NCBI GenBank assembly: GCA_031400515.1
Contig: JANNQA010000042.1
Span: 4,814 to 68,813, forward strand
Direction: 5' to 3'
DNA: 64,000 bases
Origin: Bacteroidota bacterium
Lineage (GTDB): Bacteria > Bacteroidota > Bacteroidia > Chitinophagales > Saprospiraceae
Numbering within the stretch: position 1 is the first letter of the stretch; the number at the start of each line of letters is the position of its first letter. The position numbers and the translations under genes were made by a program. The notes under the pieces were generated by a model. It saw only the letters and a list, made by a program, of their open reading frames with translations. It was not told where the DNA came from and searched no databases. This document shows positions 44,764-54,111 of this stretch, piece by piece.

Positions 44764-45102
44764 TTATCCAAATGCAAACAACAGGAGGGTGATAAAGGCA
44801 GTCACTCCCAGGAGCGCATGTACAAATGCGATTGGGATAGGATGAGGTTTCTTTTGCAAATCCGTGAAGAACAGGTAAAAGCCACCAAGAGCCCCAATGA
44901 CAAACAAAATGAGACTCACTTTAGGAAAGTTCTCAGGATGTTGAAATGAATACACAGCGAGGAGTACCAGCGCTGTCGCTGCGATAAGTCCATGCGAATA
45001 AATGACCGTCCGTAAAGCCTCCTTTTTCGTGAGCCATTTGATCAGGATCGTCAATCCCAATACTGCCGCAAGGGCAAACAATGCAATGGATGCGTTGATC
45101 AT
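44764..45102 (-). CDS. Small 4-TM membrane protein
   Basis: 112 aa with four hydrophobic helices. It lies 9 nt upstream of the DUF2231 gene. Confidence 0.55.
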   Translation of the reverse strand: MINASIALFALAAVLGLTILIKWLTKKEALRTVIYSHGLIAATALVLLAVYSFQHPENFPKVSLILFVIGALGGFYLFFTDLQKKPHPIPIAFVHALLGVTAFITLLLFAFG

Positions 45103-45449
45103 GTCCGTTTGTTTTTTTGGTGTAATGAACAGTTAGAGTAGGTGAGGGGGCAAAAGGTTACAGAAGGCTTGCCCGAATCCGACTTGGTCGGAGGCGGGTG
45201 AGAGAGTGAGAATGTGAGAATGTGAGAAGGTGAGAGAGTGAGAGGAAAGCCAAGTGCAAGTGCAAGCGCAAGTCAAATCTGCAATCCGAGATCCGCAATC
45301 CGAGATCTAGGTACATGCTGATTCCGGTCATTTTCAATCAAAACGTACTTAAACCCAAATGAGCCGTTTGAGACAAATCTGAATGCACCGGAAGGGGGCG
45401 AATCGAGAATCGAGAATAGAAAATCAAGAATTCTATCTTAGCGCCCCTT

Positions 45450-46244
45450 ATGCCGGATGGACAGATGACGAATCAGGCGCTGGGGCATCATATGCCGCAT
45501 ATCCAATTGCTCAGTGAGGCATTTGAGATACCTCAGCTTAAAAAGAACCGGCGAATTTGGGTACTGCTGCCACATGACTATCACACGAGCGACAAGCGCT
45601 ACCCCGTCCTCTACCTCCAGGATGCTCAAAACCTTTTTAATGAATATGCTCCGTTTGGCAACTGGGCCATCGATCGCAGATTGGCTTCCCTGTCCGCGAA
45701 AGGGGCGGGAGATGTCATCGTCATAGCGGTAGATCATGGCGGTACGGAGCGCATTACAGAATATAGTCCTTACTTCCATCGGAAATTTGGCAAAGGGAAA
45801 GGGAAACTCTATGCGAAATTTCTCATCGAAACGCTGAAACCCCACGTCGACAAGACGTTTCGTACGAAGCCAGGCAGGGGGGATACTGGTATTGGCGGCT
45901 CATCAATGGGTGGCCTCATCAGTGCTTATACGGGAATTGTCTACCCTCAGCATTTTAGCAAATTGATGATTTTCAGCCCTTCTTTCTGGTATTCGGATGA
46001 CATTTATTTTGACGCGTTCAACTATAAATACATTCTTCCCATGAAAATTTACCTTTATGCCGGAGAGAATGAGTCGCGCTTTATGACCCAACATATCCAC
46101 CGCTTTAGAGGTGCGGTGAAATCTTCAGTATTCAACAGTCCACTCACGAAATTCAACATCCTGATCAATCCGGATGGAGAGCATAATGAATGGTATTGGG
46201 GTGAAGAATTCGAAAAAGCTGTGCAATGGTTGTACTTTGATTAA
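45450..46244 (+). CDS. Alpha/beta-hydrolase, putative esterase family
   Basis: 264 aa with …YPVLYLQDAQNLF… and the nucleophile motif GGSSMGG. The true start may be an internal Met. Confidence 0.75.
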   Translation: MPDGQMTNQALGHHMPHIQLLSEAFEIPQLKKNRRIWVLLPHDYHTSDKRYPVLYLQDAQNLFNEYAPFGNWAIDRRLASLSAKGAGDVIVIAVDHGGTERITEYSPYFHRKFGKGKGKLYAKFLIETLKPHVDKTFRTKPGRGDTGIGGSSMGGLISAYTGIVYPQHFSKLMIFSPSFWYSDDIYFDAFNYKYILPMKIYLYAGENESRFMTQHIHRFRGAVKSSVFNSPLTKFNILINPDGEHNEWYWGEEFEKAVQWLYFD

Positions 46245-46256
46245 TTGATAGAACAC

Positions 46257-47738
46257 ATGTCACTGAGAATACTCAAGAATATTGATCAAGCGGGACTGGA
46301 AACCGGCTGTGTGATCGTGCCCTGCCGGACCACAGATGATGCTGCACGTGCGCTGATGTTGTTAGGGCTGTCATCAGAGGCTGCAAGATTCTTACAGGAT
46401 TTCGATCCGTCATGTGAAGATGCCGGGAATTTGTATTTGCAAGACAGCAAGTTTGTATTTGTCGGACTCGCAAAGGCGGATACATATGGAAAGAAAAAAC
46501 AAGCACTTCAGGTACTTTCAGGAAAACTGAAAGGAAAAAAATATCACAGTCATATCTTGTTGTTGTCCCACTTGAATGATGATCTTGACTTGGTGAGAGT
46601 ACTTGCTGATGCTTCGGTGAATGGCTTATTGTTGGGTTGCTATGACTACGGTTTGTTGAAGACACATGAAGGAGAAGAACACGAAAAACATGAAGCGAAT
46701 CTGGACGTCATTGTCGGTTCTTTCGATCTCGAAGAAATCATTCACACAGCACAGGAATCGGCAGCTACACAATTGTCGGTGTACAATCTGGTCAATCTGC
46801 CTTCAAGTCATAAGACGCCTGACACTCTCGCAAGATGGGCTGTGAATTCGGCACGGGCACATGGCTATGAAGTTGATGTGTTAGACGAACATGCATTGAG
46901 CTCTCAGGGATTTGCTGCACTCCTTGCGGTAAATCGGGGTAGCGAATATCCTGCACGTCTTATTGTGTGTGAATACAATGGCACTGATGATAAGGATGTG
47001 CCGCTCATAGCGCTTGTTGGCAAAGGAGTCACGTTCGATACAGGCGGTGTAAATGTCAAGCTTGGCGAATCGATGCACCTCATGAAATCTGATATGTGTG
47101 GCGCTGCCGCCGTACTTGGAGCTATTGATCTGCTTGCAAGGCTGAAAGCACCGGTACGCGTGATTGCATGTGCGCCGTGTACAGATAATAATCTCGGTAC
47201 CCGTTCTATCAATCCCGGCGATGTGATCAGTTCATATTCCGGCAAGACCATCGAAGTCATCAATACAGACGCGGAAGGCAGGCTCATCCTTGCCGATGCA
47301 CTTGCTTATGTGGTCAAAAAATTCAATCCTGATGTCGTTGTGGATCTTGCCACACTCACAGGGAGTATCGTTCGTGCACTGGGTAGTTACTGTGCAGGAA
47401 TGTTCACACACTCTGATCAACTTGCGCAGGCGCTTATTGACGCAGGTAATGAAAGCGGTGAGCGTTTGTGGCGCATGCCGTTATGGGATGACTACGCGGA
47501 TGAAATGAAATCCGACATCGCCGACATCAAAAATCTCAGTGACAAACCCGCCGGTGGTAGCATCACCGCTGCAAAATTTCTCGAGCACTTCATCCCTGAT
47601 CATCCCGCCTGGGCACATCTCGACATCGCCGGTGTTGCTTTCAAAGCAAATGGTGTGAGCAAGACGCATGCTGCTACTGCGTATGGTGTGCGGTTGCTTT
47701 ATGAGTTTGTGAGGAAGTACAATAAAGGCGAAGGCTAA
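46257..47738 (+). CDS. pepA: Leucyl aminopeptidase (M17 family)
   Basis: The M17 signature NTDAEGRLILADAL is present, with …VGKGVTFDTGG… The ATG is at 46257, and the tracked ORF begins at a TTG at 46245. Confidence 0.9.
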   Translation: MSLRILKNIDQAGLETGCVIVPCRTTDDAARALMLLGLSSEAARFLQDFDPSCEDAGNLYLQDSKFVFVGLAKADTYGKKKQALQVLSGKLKGKKYHSHILLLSHLNDDLDLVRVLADASVNGLLLGCYDYGLLKTHEGEEHEKHEANLDVIVGSFDLEEIIHTAQESAATQLSVYNLVNLPSSHKTPDTLARWAVNSARAHGYEVDVLDEHALSSQGFAALLAVNRGSEYPARLIVCEYNGTDDKDVPLIALVGKGVTFDTGGVNVKLGESMHLMKSDMCGAAAVLGAIDLLARLKAPVRVIACAPCTDNNLGTRSINPGDVISSYSGKTIEVINTDAEGRLILADALAYVVKKFNPDVVVDLATLTGSIVRALGSYCAGMFTHSDQLAQALIDAGNESGERLWRMPLWDDYADEMKSDIADIKNLSDKPAGGSITAAKFLEHFIPDHPAWAHLDIAGVAFKANGVSKTHAATAYGVRLLYEFVRKYNKGEG

Positions 47739-48020
47739 GGCTAAGGAAGAATAAGAAGAAGTCAAAATGTAAAATAGCAAAGTCTAAAATCCGAAATTGT
47801 TTTTCTTGACTTCTGACTTTTACATTTGTTTCCCGGCTCTGAATTACCAAGATTTGATTTCCCATATCTGAATTGCCACGAGCATAAATTTCCACGAGTT
47901 GAATTGCGACGAGTATGAATTTGCGCGAGCATGAATTGCCACGTGCATGAATTACCAGAGCCTGCATTTCCACGAGCTTTAGCTGCATTTCCATGAGCTT
48001 TAGCTGAATTTCCATGAGCT

Positions 48021-48391
48021 TTAGCTCGTGGTCGTCACCGATCTCTTCAAAGCCAACAACAATCCCAATATATACCCCACAAAAAGCACTCCTTTAATAA
48101 TCGCAACCATCATCGAAGATACAGGCGCCGGATCATCCTGATCCAATCGCTGAAGCTGTCCAAAAAAAAACTCATAAACATCATTCCCGTCGCGGCGCCC
48201 CATGCCGAACAGAGATACGGTTTGCCAATTTCTGCCGATTGATATGTCTTCCATGCGGCGAACAATAAAAACGCTCCCATCAAATAATCATCGAACCAAT
48301 TGATGAAATGGTGTAAGTCAGTCAATTGATGCCACCGTCTGATCGTCTCCAGTATCGGAATGCCGATTCCACCAATAAACCCCAGATACAT
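48021..48391 (-). pseudogene. Small membrane protein gene split by a frameshift at a T9 homopolymer
   Basis: ORFs 48110..48391 and 48021..48254 overlap in different frames. One extra T in the run at 48162-48170 (coding-strand T9) would fuse them into …MMFMSFFFGQLQRLDQDDPAPVSSMMVAIIKGVLFVGYILG…. Confidence 0.55.
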
Positions 48392-48553
48392 GGTAAGGGT
48401 TTAATGGTTATTGTTTAACTGGTTAGGGGTTAAATGTTTATGGATTCACTTAAACGGAGCATGAACAGTTAACCATTAAACAGTTAACCATTAAACCGTT
48501 AACCATTAAACAATATATCTTCTTACCTTTCATCTTCATCAAATGTATCGAAA

Positions 48554-49756
48554 ATGAGCGCAAGTGATTACGGATTTCTCTGTTTGTGCAGCGACTTCAA
48601 GGGCGTAGATTTCATGCGTGCGATTGCGGAACTTGGCCATCGCGTATATCTCATTACTTCGGAAGATCGCAAGGACAGACCATGGCCTTATGATATTCTG
48701 ACAGATGTGTATTATATGCCCGGTCATGATGGGAGACAATGGAATCTTGAGCATCTGGAGCAGGGTGTAGCACATGTCATGCACGCTACGAAAATTGATC
48801 GGGTGATTGCACTGGATGACTATGAAGTACGGAAAGCTGCGATGTTACGTGAGGTGTTCAGGATACCGGGAATGGGTCAGACAACAGCGCGACATTTCCA
48901 TGATAAATTGGCGATGCGTATTCAGGCACGTGATGCAGATATTCCCAATCCGGCATTTACAGCACTGTTCAATGATGCTGTGATCAATGAATTTCTCGAA
49001 AAGAATCCTGGCCCGTGGTTTCTCAAACGCCGTGAAGATGCAGGTGCACTGGGTATCCGCAAAGCCAAAACGCCTGATGAGCTTTGGCAATTATTGCACA
49101 GTTTTGGAGAAAAGCGTCATCACTATCTCGCCGAATGCTATGTAAGTGGTGATGTCTATCATGTCGATTCATTGACACTCAGTGGTAAAATATTATTTAC
49201 GCGTGTTTCTCAATATCTCACACCGCCTTTTGATGTAGCGCATGGTGGAGGTATCTTCCAATCCTGTACACTCGAAATGAAAGATCCAATTCATCGCGAG
49301 TTGGAAGAACTCAATGCGAAGGTGCTTCACGGATTCGGAATGTTGCATGGCGCCTCTCACTCAGAATTTATCCGCGGTAAGGATGGTAAGTATTACTTTC
49401 TTGAAACATCCGCGCGTGTCGGTGGAGCGCATCTTGCCGATATGGTACACGTTGCATCTGGTATCAATCTCTGGCGTGAATGGGCGAAAATCGAATCTGC
49501 TTTGCTCCAGGGTAAAAAGTACTCAATACCCAAAGACGAGAAAAAAATGGCAGGTATCATTACTTCACTGAGCAGGGTAGAGCATCCTGATTACTCTCAA
49601 TTTCGTGATCCGGAAATCTCATGGACACTTGATAGAAAGCATCACATCAGTTTTATTTTTAAGTGCCCCGCTCATAGCCAGGTACAGACTTTGCTGGATA
49701 AATATTGCAACATCATTCGCAACGATTATCACGCGACAGTTCCGTTGAAAGAGTAA
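48554..49756 (+). CDS. ATP-grasp domain protein (carboxylate-amine ligase type)
   Basis: 400 aa with an ATP-grasp core (…PWFLKRREDAGALGIRKAKTPDELW…YLAECYVSGDVYHVDSL…HSEFIRGKDGKYYFLETSARVGGAHL…). Confidence 0.8.
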   Translation: MSASDYGFLCLCSDFKGVDFMRAIAELGHRVYLITSEDRKDRPWPYDILTDVYYMPGHDGRQWNLEHLEQGVAHVMHATKIDRVIALDDYEVRKAAMLREVFRIPGMGQTTARHFHDKLAMRIQARDADIPNPAFTALFNDAVINEFLEKNPGPWFLKRREDAGALGIRKAKTPDELWQLLHSFGEKRHHYLAECYVSGDVYHVDSLTLSGKILFTRVSQYLTPPFDVAHGGGIFQSCTLEMKDPIHRELEELNAKVLHGFGMLHGASHSEFIRGKDGKYYFLETSARVGGAHLADMVHVASGINLWREWAKIESALLQGKKYSIPKDEKKMAGIITSLSRVEHPDYSQFRDPEISWTLDRKHHISFIFKCPAHSQVQTLLDKYCNIIRNDYHATVPLKE

Positions 49757-49925
49757 TTGTTTAGGGTTTAGTGTTTAGGGTTTAATGTTTAGTGTTATCA
49801 CCGCTTACCTTTTTTATGAAAGAATAAATAGCATTGAATAGGGAGCAATAAACAAAATGCAAAACCCCGTTGATCCGTCCTCGACCGCCGAAGCAGGCGA
49901 AGGCGGTTGATCCATTTCCCTTTTT

Positions 49926-50318
49926 ATGAAACAACACATTGCCCGCATATCTCTTGTCGTAGAAGATTACGATGATGCAATAAAATTCTACATAGAAAAA
50001 TTAGATTTTGTTTTGATCGAAGACACTCCATTGAGTGATACAAAACGTTGGGTAGTGGTTTCTCCAAAAGGCTCTTCTGAATGTGCACTTCTCCTTGCAA
50101 AAGCAGCGAACGCTGAACAACAATCGCGGGTCGGAAATCAAACAGGTGGTAGAGTGTTCCTCTTTCTTTACACCGATGATTTCTGGAGAGATTACAATAA
50201 GATGATCGAAAAAGGAATTCACTTTGTTCGTCCGCCAAGTGAAGAAGACTATGGCATCGTCGCGGTCTTTTCAGATCTGTACGGGAATCTCTGGGATTTT
50301 ATACAACCAAGAGGGTGA
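49926..50318 (+). CDS. VOC/glyoxalase-family protein
   Basis: 130 aa (…IARISLVVEDYDDAIKFYIEKLDF…GIVAVFSDLYGNLWDFIQ). Confidence 0.8.
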   Translation: MKQHIARISLVVEDYDDAIKFYIEKLDFVLIEDTPLSDTKRWVVVSPKGSSECALLLAKAANAEQQSRVGNQTGGRVFLFLYTDDFWRDYNKMIEKGIHFVRPPSEEDYGIVAVFSDLYGNLWDFIQPRG

Positions 50319-50368
50319 GAGAGTGAGAATTCTTCGACTGCGCTCAGAATGACAAAGAAGTGAAAGAA

Positions 50369-50574
50369 GTCCTCAGTCCTCAGTCCTCAGTCTTCAGTCC
50401 CCAGTCCTCAATCTCCAGTCCTCAATCTCCAGTCCTCAGTCTCCAGTCCTCAGTCTCCAGTCCTCAGTCTCCAGTCCTCAGTCGCCAGTCCTCAGTCTCC
50501 AGTCCTCAATCTCCAGTCCTCAGTCTCCAGTCCTCAGTCTCCAGTCCTCAGTCGCCAGTCCTCAGTCTCCAGTC
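50369..50574. repeat. Tandem 14-bp repeat (ccagtcctca(g/a)tct), about 14 copies
   Basis: Direct reading gives the repeat. It produces a spurious 80-aa Ser/Pro/Gln ORF with 14-aa periodicity. The same word occurs at 56628-56660. Confidence 0.9.
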
Positions 50575-50577
50575 AAG

Positions 50578-50700
50578 TACAAACACTAAACATAAACCCT
50601 AAAACAATAAACCCTAAACACTAAACCCTAAACAATTAAACCCTAAACAATTAAACACTTAAACACTTAAACACTTAAACATTTAAACCCTAAACACTAC
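50578..50700. repeat. A/C-rich octamer-type repeats (aaacacta / aaccctaa / aaacactt)
   Basis: aaacactaaacataaaccctaaaacaataaaccctaaacactaaaccctaaacaattaaaccc… lies immediately 3' of the minus-strand gene ending at 50697. Confidence 0.85.
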
Positions 50701-51887
50701 TCAAAATACCCAACACTCCCACCAACCCACGTCTTATCCTTATTATACTTCACCCCAATCATTTCGCCTTTACTCAGCCGTGCAAGGTTATTGACGATAC
50801 GCGGGCGAGCAGTACCTTCTTCCCAGATCATCAACATGCGTAACTCGACTTTGGCAGGTTCATCAAGGGTTTGAATTACAGGATGATAATTAACACGCTC
50901 TTGCAAAATGTATTGGCCAGGGTCTGTCACGTGGTCAAGGTCATGCTTGGCGATATGCAGCTTCACACCTGTACCTGAAAATGAATACAGGGGTTTTAAG
51001 ACAAACTGATCCAGATCCGGTGGGATCTCATCCATCTGATTCAGAAACCACGTTCTGGGTGCATATTGACTTGTGATAAAAGGCAGCATAAACTTACTGA
51101 TCCTGAAAAACCAATTTGGATGACCAACCCAATGCACGTCACACTCACGGGTAAACTTAAAACCCGTTTTCAGATCCTTACGATGGATGAATTCGTCATA
51201 GATGACACGGTTGTAAATGCGCTTCACATGTATTTCTTTTCCGTGCTCGTCTTTATAATAGACTTTGTTGTCTCTCTGATAAACTTCTGAGACACAAGCT
51301 ACGTGGATGCCGAGATGATGCCGCGTGGCATGAAAATCAATTTGTGTGTTTTGCTTCCAGGGTTCTATTTCAAGGAGGATCACCTGTTTCGGATCTTCAT
51401 CTCCGACAATCTCACGGCGCAGTAATTCCAAATAACTCTCTTCATTCAGCCCATCACAGAGATGATCCATATCTGATGGGATGTCAAAAAATTTCCGGTA
51501 TGCTTTTGCAGCGAGGTGCTGGTAGTAATACAAAGAAGGAAATCCCTGTGCCTCGATCAGCATAGGCCAGAGTTCACCATTTTCTTTGCGCGTCACTCCA
51601 AAGTCCATGACCATGAACTTGGGATGTTCCGTCTCATTGGGTACTGCATACTTCTTCTGCAAGGAATTTTCCGTCATGGCTTTGTAATCAGGCCGGCAGA
51701 TCACATCGCAGATTTCATCACAAGCCCGAAACAAATGCTCCTTCAGTGCTTTAGGGATAAATACCGGCGTCTCTGCTATGCGGAAATACGGGACATGATT
51801 GTACTCTTTGCCGATATAGTCTAAGAAAGCCTTGTACTTGTCATCTGTGAATGCAGCGTTGTACGCGTGTCGGATGTCAGGAATCAT
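50697..51887 (-). CDS. Glutathionylspermidine-synthase-like / circularly permuted ATP-grasp-type ligase (tentative)
   Basis: 396 aa with segments such as …FMVMDFGVTRKENGELWPMLIEAQGFPSLYYYQ… and …VLKPLYSFSGTGV… that resemble pre-ATP-grasp plus ATP-grasp ligases. This is recognition by eye only. Confidence 0.5.
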   Translation of the reverse strand: MIPDIRHAYNAAFTDDKYKAFLDYIGKEYNHVPYFRIAETPVFIPKALKEHLFRACDEICDVICRPDYKAMTENSLQKKYAVPNETEHPKFMVMDFGVTRKENGELWPMLIEAQGFPSLYYYQHLAAKAYRKFFDIPSDMDHLCDGLNEESYLELLRREIVGDEDPKQVILLEIEPWKQNTQIDFHATRHHLGIHVACVSEVYQRDNKVYYKDEHGKEIHVKRIYNRVIYDEFIHRKDLKTGFKFTRECDVHWVGHPNWFFRISKFMLPFITSQYAPRTWFLNQMDEIPPDLDQFVLKPLYSFSGTGVKLHIAKHDLDHVTDPGQYILQERVNYHPVIQTLDEPAKVELRMLMIWEEGTARPRIVNNLARLSKGEMIGVKYNKDKTWVGGSVGYFE

Positions 51888-52002
51888 TAGCTGCGTTGAA
51901 TAGAAGAGTAATTGAGTGCTAACGTCGAAGAATATAAGTCATGATCATTTCACCAGGAATTGAGAATCTAGAATCGGGAATCGAGAATCAATAGGTCCAA
52001 AC

Positions 52003-52812
52003 TTAACAAAGTGCTTCGACTTGCTGCAGGTTTTCTATTGATTGCCTCAGAAACCTCGGTAGAATGGTGCACTGGGTGAGTCCGAGCTTGTTCGGATCAT
52101 GCAATTCTGCAATCATCCGCACATATTTATCCGGATGCTTAAACTCCAGAATCTCGTCTCGCTTATCGGGTTTTGTGAAATGCTCGAGCATACCAATCGG
52201 TGATGCTTCCGGATGAAATTGCGTGCCAAACCATGTATCTGAAAATCTGATTGCCATCGCAGCCCGATTCCGTGCAACGTGTGGCCGTACTTTTTCAAGA
52301 GCAGTGACCCTCGCACCATATACATCGAGTGAAGACTGTTCTATCTCAGTGACCTGATAATCCCTAAAGTCTCCAACATAGAACGGATCTGGTAAGCCAC
52401 TGAACAAAGGTTCAATCAGTCCGTCTGCGGTCTTGTGGACAGGATATATTCCAAACGAACGCGCATGTCGTTTCGACAGTTTTCCAATACCCCAGTGCCA
52501 GCACAATGTTTGAAAGGAGTGACAGATAAAAAACGCATGCTTCTTTGGCAATGCGCTATCCTGATTCATTTCCCAGAGCGTATCAATAAGATGGAAAAAT
52601 GGAACACCCCATTCAGGATCTATGTCGCGTGGATCACCAGGGCCGCCTGAAAAAATATAGAGGTCAAAACTTGTATCTGGCACCATCTTTCCCGCACGTA
52701 CATCAAATACTTTAGCAGTGAGTTCAGGAAAAGCCTTGACAAGGTTCTTGAGATACGTCATGCCCAGATTTGGAGAACCGTTGTAGAGGTCGAGTATTGC
52801 AGTACGAAACAT
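52003..52812 (-). CDS. Class-I glutamine amidotransferase-like protein with an intact Cys-His-Glu triad
   Basis: I start the gene at the Met at 52812 (MFRTAILDLYNG…). The nucleophile elbow is FFICHSFQ, and the His/Glu lie in FGTQFHPE. Confidence 0.75.
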   Translation of the reverse strand: MFRTAILDLYNGSPNLGMTYLKNLVKAFPELTAKVFDVRAGKMVPDTSFDLYIFSGGPGDPRDIDPEWGVPFFHLIDTLWEMNQDSALPKKHAFFICHSFQTLCWHWGIGKLSKRHARSFGIYPVHKTADGLIEPLFSGLPDPFYVGDFRDYQVTEIEQSSLDVYGARVTALEKVRPHVARNRAAMAIRFSDTWFGTQFHPEASPIGMLEHFTKPDKRDEILEFKHPDKYVRMIAELHDPNKLGLTQCTILPRFLRQSIENLQQVEALC

Positions 52813-52822
52813 GAAACGTGGA

Positions 52823-53761
52823 TCAGTGTTGAGCACTAACAAACTCACCCCAGGTAATGTTCAATTTTCCAGTTTTATGCTTCAAAGCACGCTCGATAGC
52901 CATTTCCGCCGCGTTCTGTACGATCCAGCCAAAATTCTCTTCGCCCACACTATCTACTGCTGCATCAGGAGCAGGATTACAAAAATCAATCGCATAGGGT
53001 ATACCATCCTGTACCGCAAATTCCACCGTATTGAAGTCATATCCTAATGCATGATTGAGACTTAGCACCCCTTCATGAACTTTCTTCACGATCGGATCTT
53101 TCATACTCGCTGTCTCTCTTACGTAGCGCAGATGATGTGGATTACGTGGTTCGTATGGCATGATATGTACACGGTCTCCATGGAGATAATAACATCTGAA
53201 GTACCTGTCAAAGTCAACTGCTTTTTGGAGCAACATCACAAGTTTTCCTGTCTCATGATAGGCTTTAAACAATTCGTTAGTGTCGTTGACTTTGTAGACG
53301 CTCTTCCAACCACCTCCTGAATGCGGTTTCATGTACAATGGAAATCCTCCGAGGTATGCAATGATTTTTTCCCAATCCATCCATTTCAGATTTGAGAATG
53401 ATTCAGGGGATGTGTCATCGGGCCTCTCAAACGATGGCAGGAGCACTGTATTAGGTACAGCAACATTGACAGACAACGCGAGACTATTGTTAAAAAACTT
53501 TTCGTCAGCACTCCACCAGAAGGGATTGTTCATGACTGCGGTACCTGTGATGGCGGCATTTTTCAGGTAAGCCCTGTAGAAGGGGACATCCTGAGATATG
53601 CGATCAATGAGTACTGCGTAAGGCGTTGCTTTGCCCTGCACCACTTCATCTACCTGTGCAAGTTCCGCCGACACACCTTTCGGCGCGATCGCATTGACTC
53701 TGTCAACAAAAGCCTGCGGAAAGGAACGTTCCTTGCCAAAAAGAATTCCGATTTTCTTCAT
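52823..53761 (-). CDS. RimK/glutathione-synthetase-like ATP-grasp protein
   Basis: 312 aa (…FPLYMKPHSGGGWKSVYKVNDTNELF…VMLLQKAVDFDRYFRCYYL…YAIDFCNPAPD…). It lies 10 nt upstream of the GATase-like gene. Confidence 0.7.
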   Translation of the reverse strand: MKKIGILFGKERSFPQAFVDRVNAIAPKGVSAELAQVDEVVQGKATPYAVLIDRISQDVPFYRAYLKNAAITGTAVMNNPFWWSADEKFFNNSLALSVNVAVPNTVLLPSFERPDDTSPESFSNLKWMDWEKIIAYLGGFPLYMKPHSGGGWKSVYKVNDTNELFKAYHETGKLVMLLQKAVDFDRYFRCYYLHGDRVHIMPYEPRNPHHLRYVRETASMKDPIVKKVHEGVLSLNHALGYDFNTVEFAVQDGIPYAIDFCNPAPDAAVDSVGEENFGWIVQNAAEMAIERALKHKTGKLNITWGEFVSAQH

Positions 53762-54111
53762 GCTGCTACAGTATTAGGGTAGTTCGTCGCAAAGATATAT
53801 GACATCTGCACTTAACCTAATGGCCGAAACCTACTGCGTCTATGACAAAATGCAGTTTTGTTAGTTGTTAAAAAGGGGAGGACCGACCTCGGAGCGTTCG
53901 CCCTTAAGCGAACCTGCGAGCGTCTGAGGGAGAGCCTAAGTCGGATCTTAAATTTGTCACACTCAACCTATGAAATGCATTTTCATTGACGTAAAGACAT
54001 GCTTTAGATACATCGGTAAATGCCAAAATGGCGGAGCCAGTTCCAGCCAGCTATGTCTTTACTACACGCTGTACTATCCCGAGTGCAGGCACATGTAGGA
54101 AATACACGCCT

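Noticed and set aside
50360-50602. 80-aa ORF rich in Ser/Pro/Gln (SPQSSVSSPQSPVLS…).
   Set aside because: It is the translation of a 14-bp tandem repeat. The periodicity is exactly 14 aa and there is no start context, so I treat it as non-coding repeat.
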